Below, piece after piece: positions 28,568-37,542 of a DNA stretch of 38,899 nt. Source of the stretch: Candidatus Spyradenecus sp. (GTDB taxonomy: Bacteria > Verrucomicrobiota > Kiritimatiellia > RFP12 > DVOR01). Numbering within the stretch: position 1 is the stretch's first letter; each line of letters opens with the position of its first letter. A program made the position numbers and the translations under genes. The stretch is from contig JBJFFT010000047.1 of assembly GCA_051891975.1 (NCBI GenBank), positions 1 through 38,899 on the forward strand. The letters are read 5' to 3'. The notes beneath the pieces are model-generated. The model was not told the DNA's origin. It did not search any database and saw only the letters and a list, made by a program, of their open reading frames with translations.

Positions 28568-31500
28568 TTACTTGCCGCAGCAGTTCTTGTACTTCTTGCC
28601 CGAGCCGCAGGGGCACGGGTCGTTGCGCCCGACCTTGGTGGGGGCACTCGCGGCCGGCGGCGGGGGCATCCCCATCTGGTCCAGGAGCGCTTCCAGCGAG
28701 CCTTGGCGCGGACCGGCCGGGGGCGCCTCGGGTTCGGGCTCGGGCTCCGGCGCGGGCATCCCCGGCACGGTGACGGTGAAGGAGGCGGGGGCGGCCTCGA
28801 CCTGCGGCGGGGGCTGGGGCGCGGCCTCGGTGAGGTTGCCCAGGTCCTGGTGGACGGTCTGGGCCTTGCGGGAGGCGCGCTCGCGCATAGCGAAGTAGAA
28901 CTCGATGTTCGTGGTGGTGGTAAAGGCGTTGCGGATAATCCCTTCCTTGATGGTGCCCATCAGCTCGGTGAACATCTCGAAGGCCTCGCGCTTGTATTCC
29001 ACCAGGGGGTCTCGCTGGCCGTAGCCGCGCAGACTGACGCTCCGGCGCAGGTCGTCCATCGCTGCCAGGAACTTCTGCCACTCCTCGTCGATAGCCGTCA
29101 AGCAGACCATCCGCTCGAGCATCGGCAGGGCCTCGGGCTTTTCGCCGGCGCACTTGGCGTTGTAGGCCTCCTCGACGCGCTCGAAGAGGGCCTGGGCGGC
29201 CTCCTGGGGCTTGCCGGCCCACGCACGGCACTCGGCCTCGGTGCAGAGCACGGGGAAGTGGGCCATCCACTCGAGCAGGCCAATGGGGTCGGAATCCTTG
29301 GGCGTGGGCAGGAGGGCCTCGCAGCGGTCGGCAATCACGTCGTTGAAGATATCGAGGATACGCTCGTGGGCGGCGCCGGGTTCCATCAGGATCTCCTGGC
29401 GCAGACCGTAGATGATGGCGCGCTGCTTGTTCATCACGTCGTCATACTGCAGCGTGCGCTTGCGGATGGAGAAGTTCTGCTCCTCGACCTTGCGCTGGGC
29501 GCGCTCGACGGTGTGGTTGAGCCAGCGGTGCTCGATGGCTTCGCCCTCCTTGAGCCCGAGGCGGGTCATCATCCCGGCCAGACGATCGCTGCCGAAGAGG
29601 CGCATCAGGTTATCTTCCAGCGAGAGGTAGAAGCGGCTGGCGCCCGGGTCGCCCTGGCGCGAGCAACGGCCGCGCAGCTGGCGGTCGATACGCCGGCTCT
29701 CGTGGCGCTCGGAGGCGATGACGTAGAGGCCGCAGGGACGCTCCTCGAGGAGGTGGCGCAGGGTCTTGCGCTCGCCCTTGGGCACGGAGTCGAGGGTCAG
29801 ATGCTTATCCTTGATCTGCTCTTCGCTCATCCAGACCACGCCCGGCCCGAGCTTGATGTCGGTGCCGCGCCCGGCCATATTCGTGGCGATGGTCACGCTA
29901 CCGGGCTGCCCGGCCTGGGCAACAATCTCGGCTTCCATCGCGTGGTTCTTGGCGTTGAGGACGTTGTGGGGGATGTGGGCCATCCGCAGCATACGGCTGA
30001 GGATTTCGGAGGTGTCGACCGTCACGGTGCCCAGGAGGACCGGCTGGCCGCGCTCGTGGGCCGCGCGCACCTCCTCGATGATGGCGCGGTACTTCTCGCG
30101 CTGGGTCTTGTAGATGAGGTCGTTGCCGTCGATGCGGCGGACGGGGCGGTTGGTGGGAATGGCCACCACGTCGAGCTTGTAGATGTCGTTGAACTCGGTG
30201 GCCTCGGTTTCGGCGGTGCCGGTCATCCCCGAGAGCTTGCTGTAGAGGCGGAAGTAGTTCTGGAAGGTGATGGTGGCCAGGGTCTGCGTTTCGCGCTCGA
30301 TATCCACCCCTTCCTTGGCTTCGACCGCCTGGTGCAGCCCCTCGCTCCAACGGCGGCCGGGGAGGATGCGCCCGGTGAACTCGTCGACGATGAGCACCTT
30401 GTTATCCTGCACCACATACGCTTCGTCGCGGTTGTAGAGGGCGTAGGCGCGCAGGAGCTGGTCAACCACGTGCAGGCGCTCGCTCTTGGCCGCGAAGCTC
30501 TCCTGGATGGCGCGGCGCTCGGCCACGCGCTCCTCGGCCGAGAGGCCGGTTTTGCCTTCAAGGGCGGCGAGCTCGCCGGCGAGGTCGGGCATTACATACA
30601 TCTCCGGGTCGTCGGGGGAGATGAACTTGGTGCCCTTGTCGGTTAGGGAGACCTCGCGGGTCTTCTCGTCGATGGTGAAGAGGAGCAGCTCCTTGAGGTC
30701 GCGCGCCTCATACTTACGCATATCGGTGAGCATCATCGCCTCGACCTGCTCGTGGAGTCGCCGCACGGCCGGCTCTTCGATGAGGTGCTGGAACTGCTTG
30801 TTCTTCGGCGTGCCGTGATAGACCTGGTAGAGCTTGCGCATCGCGGCGTCCGTATCGCCCTTGGCGATGAGCTCCTTGGCTTCGGCAATCAGCTGGGTGC
30901 AGATGCGCGTCTGTTCGCGGAAGACCCGCTCCACGCGCGGCTTCTGGGCCACATACTCGCCCGAGGCCGAGCGCTGCGAGGGGCCGGAGATGATGAGCGG
31001 GGTACGCGCTTCGTCGATGAGGATGGAGTCCACTTCGTCGACAATCGCGAAGGCGTGGCCGCGCTGGACCACCTGCGCGGGGTCGGTGGCCATGCCGTTA
31101 TCGCGCAGATAGTCGAAGCCGAACTCGCTGTTGGTGCCGTAGGTGATGTCGCAGGCGTACTGCGCGCGGCGCTCGGCCGGGCCCATCGTGTTCTGAATGC
31201 AGCCGACGGTCAGGCCCAGGAAGGTGAAGAGGTGGCCCATAAACTGCGCGTCGCGCCGGGCAAGGTAGTCGTTCACCGTCACCAAGTGGGCCGCGCCGCC
31301 GGAGAGGGCGTTGAGGTAGAGCGGGAAGGTGGCCACCAGGGTCTTGCCCTCGCCGGTCTGCATTTCGGCAATCTTGCCCTGGTGCAGGACAATGCCGCCG
31401 ATGAGCTGCACATCGAAGGGGAGCATATTCCACGTGAGTTCGTGGCCGCAGACCTGCACCGTCGTGCCTAAGAGGCGCCGGCAGGCGTTCTTCACCACGG

Positions 31501-31699
31501 CGTAGGCCTCCGGCAGCAGGTCATCGAGCGTCTCGCCCTTGGCAAAGCGCTCGCGGAACTCCACCGTCTTCGCCTTCAGCGCCTCGTCCGTCAGCGCTTG
31601 ATACTCCTCTTCCAAGGCGTTAATCCGGCGCACGAGCGGCATCAACCGCCTGATGTCACGCTGGTTCTTCGTCCCAAAGAGCATCTTCAACAAATTCAT
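28568..31699 (-). CDS. secA: Preprotein translocase SecA
   Basis: MQTGEGKT, VTVNDYLARRD, DEVDSILIDEARTPLIISG, ATNMAGRGTDI, SEC-C GRNDPCPCGSGKKYKNCC. Confidence 0.99.
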   Translation of the reverse strand: MNLLKMLFGTKNQRDIRRLMPLVRRINALEEEYQALTDEALKAKTVEFRERFAKGETLDDLLPEAYAVVKNACRRLLGTTVQVCGHELTWNMLPFDVQLIGGIVLHQGKIAEMQTGEGKTLVATFPLYLNALSGGAAHLVTVNDYLARRDAQFMGHLFTFLGLTVGCIQNTMGPAERRAQYACDITYGTNSEFGFDYLRDNGMATDPAQVVQRGHAFAIVDEVDSILIDEARTPLIISGPSQRSASGEYVAQKPRVERVFREQTRICTQLIAEAKELIAKGDTDAAMRKLYQVYHGTPKNKQFQHLIEEPAVRRLHEQVEAMMLTDMRKYEARDLKELLLFTIDEKTREVSLTDKGTKFISPDDPEMYVMPDLAGELAALEGKTGLSAEERVAERRAIQESFAAKSERLHVVDQLLRAYALYNRDEAYVVQDNKVLIVDEFTGRILPGRRWSEGLHQAVEAKEGVDIERETQTLATITFQNYFRLYSKLSGMTGTAETEATEFNDIYKLDVVAIPTNRPVRRIDGNDLIYKTQREKYRAIIEEVRAAHERGQPVLLGTVTVDTSEILSRMLRMAHIPHNVLNAKNHAMEAEIVAQAGQPGSVTIATNMAGRGTDIKLGPGVVWMSEEQIKDKHLTLDSVPKGERKTLRHLLEERPCGLYVIASERHESRRIDRQLRGRCSRQGDPGASRFYLSLEDNLMRLFGSDRLAGMMTRLGLKEGEAIEHRWLNHTVERAQRKVEEQNFSIRKRTLQYDDVMNKQRAIIYGLRQEILMEPGAAHERILDIFNDVIADRCEALLPTPKDSDPIGLLEWMAHFPVLCTEAECRAWAGKPQEAAQALFERVEEAYNAKCAGEKPEALPMLERMVCLTAIDEEWQKFLAAMDDLRRSVSLRGYGQRDPLVEYKREAFEMFTELMGTIKEGIIRNAFTTTTNIEFYFAMRERASRKAQTVHQDLGNLTEAAPQPPPQVEAAPASFTVTVPGMPAPEPEPEPEAPPAGPRQGSLEALLDQMGMPPPPAASAPTKVGRNDPCPCGSGKKYKNCCGK

Positions 31700-31728
31700 A
31701 ATCGCTATCCTTACCTAAAGAAAGCTGC

Positions 31729-31737
31729 ATTATACCA
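31729..31737 (-). promoter_or_regulatory. Extended -10 promoter of secA (TG-G-TATAAT)
   Basis: ATTATACCA on the + strand, ~30 nt upstream of the secA ATG. Confidence 0.65.
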
Positions 31738-31798
31738 CAAGCGCGCCTCTGGCGCGTGAGGTAACGCAACCTACCATAAAAGACCGCGCGCGCTCGCC

Positions 31799-31900
31799 AC
31801 GCGCTCACGCGCACGCGCCTACGCGCGCGATAGGCCCTAGCTCACCTCGAGGTAGGGCCTAGGTCGAGGCGAGGTAGGCCCTAGGTCGAGTCGACCTAGG
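31799..31900 (+). repeat. Composite element copy C (left flank of the LRR cassette)
   Basis: GCGCTCACGCGCACGCGCCTACGCGCGCGATAGGCCCTAG + ~3 degenerate 22-mers. Confidence 0.92.
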
Positions 31901-32163
31901 CGCTGGCTCTTTGTACCTCCGGCGTGCAAAACAAACCCGGCCGTGGCACCGCGTTGACGAGCATCGCGCCATTGGAACACATAAAAGCACTTTACAGGCA
32001 CACCGAAAGATGGTAGGCTTTCAAATGAACATAGGGAGTTCCCTATCATCAGCCTCGGTCAAGCAACTGGCGTTGCACTTGGCCCTTGCTGGCAAAAAGG
32101 AGGCTTGGGTCTTAGCCATCCGGATTGTGACAAACTGAAAAGACCGGCAAGGAAGAGAAGCAG

Positions 32164-35100
32164 ATGAAAGAACTAATGGTTGCGCTTGTAGCCGCGCTGA
32201 GTATGACCTGCTTTGCCGCCACGACAACCTACTCGTATGTCGATGGAGCCAAGACGTGGACATATACGTTAAGCGCTTCTAATGCAACACTGACGGGCGT
32301 TTCCGGCACGCTTGATGCCGAGCTCGTCATCCCCTCAACGGTGGGCGAAGAGCATTATTCGGTCGTCAGCATCGCGAAAAACAGCTTCCAGTCGCTGACG
32401 ATTGAGTCGCTGACGATTGCCGACAGCGTCCAGAGCTTGGGGGGTGGCGCGTTCGCGAACTGTTCCGCCCTCAGGACGGTGACGCTCGGCAGCGGGTTGA
32501 CCACCATTGGCGATGGCAGCAGTAGCACCAGCGATAACAATCCCGATAATTACGCCGCTTCCGGCGCCTTCGGCAAGTGCAGTGCGCTCGAGGAGGTCGT
32601 CTTCAACGATAAGCTCGTCACCATCGGGCATCACGCCTTCTCCGAATGTATCGCGCTCAAGGAGCTCACCCTTCCGGACTCGCTCCAGACCATCGGCAAC
32701 AATGCGTTCTATCACAATCAGTCGTTGGCTTCGGTTACACTCGGCACGGGCCTGACCACGATTGGCCGTTACGCCTTCTACAACTGCCCGGAACTGGCAG
32801 ATGTTGCCTTCCGCCCGAGCAGCACGCCGATTCTGACGATTGACGCTTACGCCTTCGCGGGGGCGGTCAAACTCACCTCGCTCGAGTTCTCGGAGTCGCT
32901 CAAGCAGCTTGGCTACGGCGCCTTCTCGGGGTGCACGGCGTTGGAGGCGGTGGAGTTCCCCAATTCGCTGACCTCCATCACTGGCGGCGGCGCCAGCAAC
33001 ACCACCGGCGCCTTTGCAAACTGTACCGCCCTCAAAAAGGTAACGCTCGGCAGCGGGTTGACCACCATTGGCGATGGCAGCAGCAACACCAGCGATAACA
33101 ATCTCGATAATTACGCCGCTTCCGGCGCCTTCGGCAATTGCCGTGCGCTCGAGGAGATCGTCTTCAACGATAAGCTCGTCACCATCGGGCATCACGCCTT
33201 CTCCGAATGTATCGCGCTCAAGGAGCTCACCCTTCCGGACTCGCTCCAGACCATCGGCAACAATGCGTTCTATCACAATCAGGCATTGGCCTCGGTTTCG
33301 CTCGGCACGGGGCTGGCCACCATTGGCGGCTACGCCTTTTACAACTGCCCTGAGCTGGCGAGCGTCGCGTTCCGCCCAAGCGATACGCCGATGTTGACGA
33401 TTTATTCCTATGCCTTCGCGGGGGCGGCCAAACTGACCTCGCTCGAGTTCTCGGGCTCGCTCAAGCAGATCAACTACGGCGCCTTCTCGAGGTGCACGGC
33501 GTTGGCGGCGGTGGAGTTCCCCAACTCGCTGACCTCCATCACTGGCGGTGGCGCCAGCAACACCACCGGCGCCTTTGCAAAGTGCACCGCCCTCAAAAAG
33601 GTAACGCTCGGTAGCGGGTTGACCACCATTGGCGATGGCAGCAGCAACACCAGCGATAACAATCCCGATAATTACGCCGCTTCCGGCGCCTTCGGCGATT
33701 GCAGTGCGCTCGAGGAGATCGTCTTCAACACCCAGCTCGTCACGATCGGGCGCCACGCCTTCTCTGAATGTATCGCGCTCAAGGAGCTCGCCCTCCCTGA
33801 CTCGCTCCAGACCATCGGCAACAATGCGTTCTATCACAATCAGGCATTGGCCTCGGTTTCGCTCGGCACGGGGCTGGCCACCATTGGCGGCTACGCCTTT
33901 TACAACTGCCCTGAGCTGGCGAGCGTCGCGTTCCGCCCAAGCGATACGCCGATGTTGACGATTTATTCCTATGCCTTCGCGGGGGCGGCCAAACTGACCT
34001 CGCTCGAGTTCTCGGGCTCGCTCAAGCAGATCAACTACGGCGCCTTCTCGGGGTGCACGGCGTTGGAGACGGTGGAGTTCCCCAACTCGCTGACCACCAT
34101 CACTGGCGGCGGCTCCAGCAACACCGCCGGCGCGTTCGCGAACTGCACCGCCCTCAAAAAGGTGACGCTCGGCAGCGGGTTGGCCACCATCGGCAATGGC
34201 AGCAGCAACACCAGCAATAGCGCTTCGGATTCTTACGCCTCTTCCGGTGCCTTCGGCAACTGCAGTGCGCTCGAGGAGATCGTCTTCAACGCCAGACTCG
34301 TCACGATTGGGCACCACGCCTTCTCCGAGTGTGTCGCGCTCAAGGCGCTTGCCTTCCCCGATACGCTCCAGACGCTCGGCGTGAACTGCTTCTATGACAA
34401 TAAGCGCCTCACGCGCATCACCTTCGGCGCGAACCTTGAAAAGATTGGCAAGTATACCTTTGCGAAATGCGCGTCGCTGGCCTCCGTGGCCTTCTCGACG
34501 TCGACGCTGCCCACGCTGACCATCGACAGCTATGCATTCTGGGACTGCGTGATGCTCCAGTCGCTGATGTTCAACAATGCGGTGCCGACCATCGTCAATG
34601 GCGCATTCGCGGGCTGCACATTGCTGCGGAAGATTACAATCCCTTCGGTCCTCTCCACCATTGAAGACAATTCGTTCGCCACGCTCACCGAGCTCAGGGA
34701 GATCGTCTTCCTGGGGTTGCCTCCCGAGAATCTCTCCAGCCTCGGCCTTGCCACCGACGTGAAGATCCGCTACTCGAAGGACTACGAAGAGGATTGGCAG
34801 ACTGCGCTGGCGGCCGGCGGCTTCACCAACGCCGAAGCGTTCACCGGGGGCGATCTTGGCTCCGTCGTCCTGGATGGCTCCCGCTACGATCTCTCCTCCA
34901 CCCCCGGAGACCGCGCGATCGCCTCCATCGTCATCAGCGCGGATACGCGGATCGACATCGCGGACTTGATCGACAATAAAGTCTACGACTCGGTTCTCCG
35001 TATCGTCAATACTGCGGACCAATCGGTGGTCATTACATTGCCCGAGGGCTATACCTACGAGACCTTCGAGGGCGCGGACCCGCTGACGCTGCCGGCGAAC

Positions 35101-35181
35101 TCGCGCAATCTGCTGACGATCACCCGAACGGATGAGAGGGTGTTTCTCGTTTCTCGCGAGAAGCTGAAAACCATCCAATAA
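32164..35181 (+). CDS. Secreted BspA-like (LRR_5/TpLRR) surface protein with 187-aa tandem repeats
   Basis: Signal peptide MKELMVALVAALSMTCFA; many xLxxIGxxAFxxCxxL repeats; ~100-aa non-repeat C-terminal domain. Confidence 0.93.
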   Translation: MKELMVALVAALSMTCFAATTTYSYVDGAKTWTYTLSASNATLTGVSGTLDAELVIPSTVGEEHYSVVSIAKNSFQSLTIESLTIADSVQSLGGGAFANCSALRTVTLGSGLTTIGDGSSSTSDNNPDNYAASGAFGKCSALEEVVFNDKLVTIGHHAFSECIALKELTLPDSLQTIGNNAFYHNQSLASVTLGTGLTTIGRYAFYNCPELADVAFRPSSTPILTIDAYAFAGAVKLTSLEFSESLKQLGYGAFSGCTALEAVEFPNSLTSITGGGASNTTGAFANCTALKKVTLGSGLTTIGDGSSNTSDNNLDNYAASGAFGNCRALEEIVFNDKLVTIGHHAFSECIALKELTLPDSLQTIGNNAFYHNQALASVSLGTGLATIGGYAFYNCPELASVAFRPSDTPMLTIYSYAFAGAAKLTSLEFSGSLKQINYGAFSRCTALAAVEFPNSLTSITGGGASNTTGAFAKCTALKKVTLGSGLTTIGDGSSNTSDNNPDNYAASGAFGDCSALEEIVFNTQLVTIGRHAFSECIALKELALPDSLQTIGNNAFYHNQALASVSLGTGLATIGGYAFYNCPELASVAFRPSDTPMLTIYSYAFAGAAKLTSLEFSGSLKQINYGAFSGCTALETVEFPNSLTTITGGGSSNTAGAFANCTALKKVTLGSGLATIGNGSSNTSNSASDSYASSGAFGNCSALEEIVFNARLVTIGHHAFSECVALKALAFPDTLQTLGVNCFYDNKRLTRITFGANLEKIGKYTFAKCASLASVAFSTSTLPTLTIDSYAFWDCVMLQSLMFNNAVPTIVNGAFAGCTLLRKITIPSVLSTIEDNSFATLTELREIVFLGLPPENLSSLGLATDVKIRYSKDYEEDWQTALAAGGFTNAEAFTGGDLGSVVLDGSRYDLSSTPGDRAIASIVISADTRIDIADLIDNKVYDSVLRIVNTADQSVVITLPEGYTYETFEGADPLTLPANSRNLLTITRTDERVFLVSREKLKTIQ
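32446..34500 (+). repeat. 561-bp intragenic tandem repeat, ~3.6 units
   Basis: Equivalent positions at 32507, 33068, 33629, 34190; near-identical DNA. Confidence 0.93.
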
Positions 35182-35195
35182 GGCGAGGTGCAACT

Positions 35196-35825
35196 ATGTC
35201 AGCCTCACTGAAAATAGGCGTGATACTGGCGCTATTTGCCAGTATTCCCGCATGGGCGATGCCGGTGGGCGTGCGCCTGGCGATGCAAGGGCGCATCGCC
35301 GCGCAATTGCCCGCCGAAGACGACCCCTTCCCTGTGCTTGACGAAGCAACCCCGGAGCAGATTGCTGCGGTCTTGGCGGACGCGGTCGACAGCGAACTCG
35401 CGGCAAACATCGTCAATGCGGCGGAGTACGCAGCATTCCGCACCTGGGCGCAGTCCGCAGGCGCGGCCGCAGTCAAAGCGAGCACCACCTCGTGGCTCTC
35501 CTACGCGCTGGGCGTGCCCACCCTGGTGCCGGCCCCGCAGGAGGGCGATCTGACGATTGAAGAAGTGCAGCTCGTAGGCACACAATGCGAGGTCGCCTTC
35601 TCGCTGAAGAACGTGAACATCAGCCCGACGGCGCTCGAAGCGCGGCTCAAGACCGTCTTCGGCGTGGAGGGCGCATCGGTGCTCGAAGCGGCGCAATTCA
35701 GCCCGGACAACCTCGAGGTCGCCTTGTCGCCCACGGAAGATGGGCGCGTGAAAGCAAGTGTCGAACCGAAGGCCTCCGGCAGCAAGACCTTTTTCATCCG
35801 CATTCGGTTGAAAGGGGCGCACTAA
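35196..35825 (+). CDS. Secreted hypothetical protein co-transcribed with the LRR protein
   Basis: GAGGTG RBS, 14 nt after the LRR stop; signal peptide ending PAWA; C-terminal strand TFFIRIRLK. Confidence 0.8.
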   Translation: MSASLKIGVILALFASIPAWAMPVGVRLAMQGRIAAQLPAEDDPFPVLDEATPEQIAAVLADAVDSELAANIVNAAEYAAFRTWAQSAGAAAVKASTTSWLSYALGVPTLVPAPQEGDLTIEEVQLVGTQCEVAFSLKNVNISPTALEARLKTVFGVEGASVLEAAQFSPDNLEVALSPTEDGRVKASVEPKASGSKTFFIRIRLKGAH

Positions 35826-35849
35826 GCTATCATCGCAAAGACACCTAGC

Positions 35850-35897
35850 AAGCCCAGGGCCGCCTTCCTGAAAGAAATCGGGAGCGGCCCTGGGCTT
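35850..35897 (+). terminator. Hairpin/terminator ending the LRR cassette
   Basis: AAGCCCAGGGCCGC...GCGGCCCTGGGCTT perfect 14-bp stem, then ATT. Confidence 0.7.
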
Positions 35898-35960
35898 ATT
35901 GGTTCATCGATGGGCGAGAAGTAGGTGCACCCGGGCTCAATGCCTAGTGTATAGGTAACA

Positions 35961-36085
35961 CGCGCGCTCACGCGCACGCGTCTACGCGCGCGATAGGCCC
36001 TAGGTCACCGCGAGGTAGGGCCTAGGTCGCCTCGAGGTAGGCCCTAGGTCACCTCGAGGTAGGCGCTACCTCTGAGCGAGGTAGG
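35961..36085 (+). repeat. Composite element copy D (right flank of the LRR cassette, same orientation as C)
   Basis: CGCGCGCTCACGCGCACGCGTCTACGCGCGCGATAGGCCCTAGG + ~4 22-mers. Confidence 0.92.
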
Positions 36086-36256
36086 CGAGGCCCCAAAAGG
36101 GCATGGGGGCAGAGGGCAGGCCAGGGTGGTGCGGGCGTTTTTTGCCCCAGTGCGGCCTGGCGGAGCAGGCCACCGCGCCACGCTTACCCTCCCCTGGCAA
36201 AACGCTTCATAGCGCCCTCCGCCCGCCCCTTCCCCCTGGTGTGCCTTTCAGCCGGC

Positions 36257-36398
36257 GTGCCCGGAGGGCGCGCCGGCCGGGGTGGAGCACCCCGTGCTCC
36301 CGAGGGACGTGGGGGCGAGTAAGTCCGTAGGAGCTATGTCATCGCCCCCACAGCTAGCCGCTAACCGCTAACGGCTAACTGCTACGAGCGCAGCGACC
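36257..36398 (+). repeat. REP-like double-hairpin copy 3 followed by a GCTAACN heptamer array
   Basis: GGAGCAC-CCC-GTGCTCC; GTGGGGGCGA-23nt-TCGCCCCCAC; GCTAGCC GCTAACC GCTAACG GCTAACT GCTACGA. Confidence 0.85.
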
Positions 36399-36472
36399 TC
36401 TCGCTTGCGTTGCGGGGCGGATGGGGTTTATAATAGGGAACAGTTTCCCTTTTTATCAGAGGAGTATTGGTT

Positions 36473-37483
36473 ATGGAATTGCTGAAGCAGATTTGCGCGA
36501 AGGCCAAGGGCTCTGGGCGCACCGTTGTTTTGCCTGAGGGCCAGGACCCGCGCGTGATTAAGGCGGCGAACCTGGCTGTCCAGGAGAATGTGGCGAAGAT
36601 CATTGTGCTGGGCACGCCTGAGGAGATTGCCTTCTCGGAGAACGCGGCCGGGATGAAGTTGGCCGCCGAGGTGCAGGTGATTGACTACACTCAGGGCGCG
36701 CTGCTCGAGGAGTTCGCCACGGCCTTCTACGAGAAGCGCAAGGCCAAGGGGATGACCCCGGAGGCGGCGCGCCAGTCGCTGCTCGATAAGCGCATCTACT
36801 TTGGTGCGATGATGCTGGCGGTGGGCAAGGCCGATGGCCTGGTGGCCGGGTCGATTGCCTCGACGGGCGATATGCTGCGCGCGGCCTTCCAGTGCGTGGG
36901 CACCGCGCCGGGGATCAAGCTCGCCTCCTCCACCTTCCTGATGGGCCTGCGCGAGCCGACGGCCGCGGGCGACGAAGTGCTCTGCTTTGCCGACTGCGCG
37001 GTCAACCCCTGCCCGACCGCCGAGCAGATGGTCGACATCGCCCTGGCCACGGCGCGCACCTTCCGCGCGCTGGTGGGCAAGCAGCCCAAGGTCGCCTTCC
37101 TCTCCTTCTCCTCCAAGGGCTCGGCCAAGCACGAGCTCGTCGACAAGGTGGCCGAGGCCGCGCGCCTGACGAAGGCCAAGTTCGAGGAGCTCGGGCTGGA
37201 CGCGGTGGTCGATGGCGAAATCCAGGCCGACGCGGCGATCGTCCCGGCCGTGGCCCTCCAGAAGAACCCCGGCGGCGCCATCAAGGGCGACGCGAACGTC
37301 CTCATCTTCCCCGACCTCCAGGCCGGCAACATCTGCTACAAGCTGGTCCAGCGCCTGGGCGGCGCGACCGCCCTCGGCCCCGTGGTCCAGGGCGTGGCCA
37401 AGCCGATTAACGACCTCTCCCGCGGCTGCTCGGCCGAAGACATCTTCGGCAACATCTGCATCACCGTCGGGCAGACGCTGTAA
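36473..37483 (+). CDS. pta: Phosphate acetyltransferase
   Basis: VVLPEG, ADCAVNP, LSFSSKGSA, DGEIQADAAI, FPDLQAGNICYK, NDLSRGCS; AGGAG RBS and upstream TATAAT. Confidence 0.97.
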   Translation: MELLKQICAKAKGSGRTVVLPEGQDPRVIKAANLAVQENVAKIIVLGTPEEIAFSENAAGMKLAAEVQVIDYTQGALLEEFATAFYEKRKAKGMTPEAARQSLLDKRIYFGAMMLAVGKADGLVAGSIASTGDMLRAAFQCVGTAPGIKLASSTFLMGLREPTAAGDEVLCFADCAVNPCPTAEQMVDIALATARTFRALVGKQPKVAFLSFSSKGSAKHELVDKVAEAARLTKAKFEELGLDAVVDGEIQADAAIVPAVALQKNPGGAIKGDANVLIFPDLQAGNICYKLVQRLGGATALGPVVQGVAKPINDLSRGCSAEDIFGNICITVGQTL

Positions 37484-37542
37484 GGAACGATTGGCGTCTA
37501 TCGTCTATCCACGAGCGGCGCTTGCGCCGCGAGGAGTCCCCT

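Noticed and set aside
32164-35181. Diversity-generating retroelement TR/VR pair in the LRR repeats
   Set aside because: Repeats are in-frame tandem units, differences are not confined to adenines, and there is no RT
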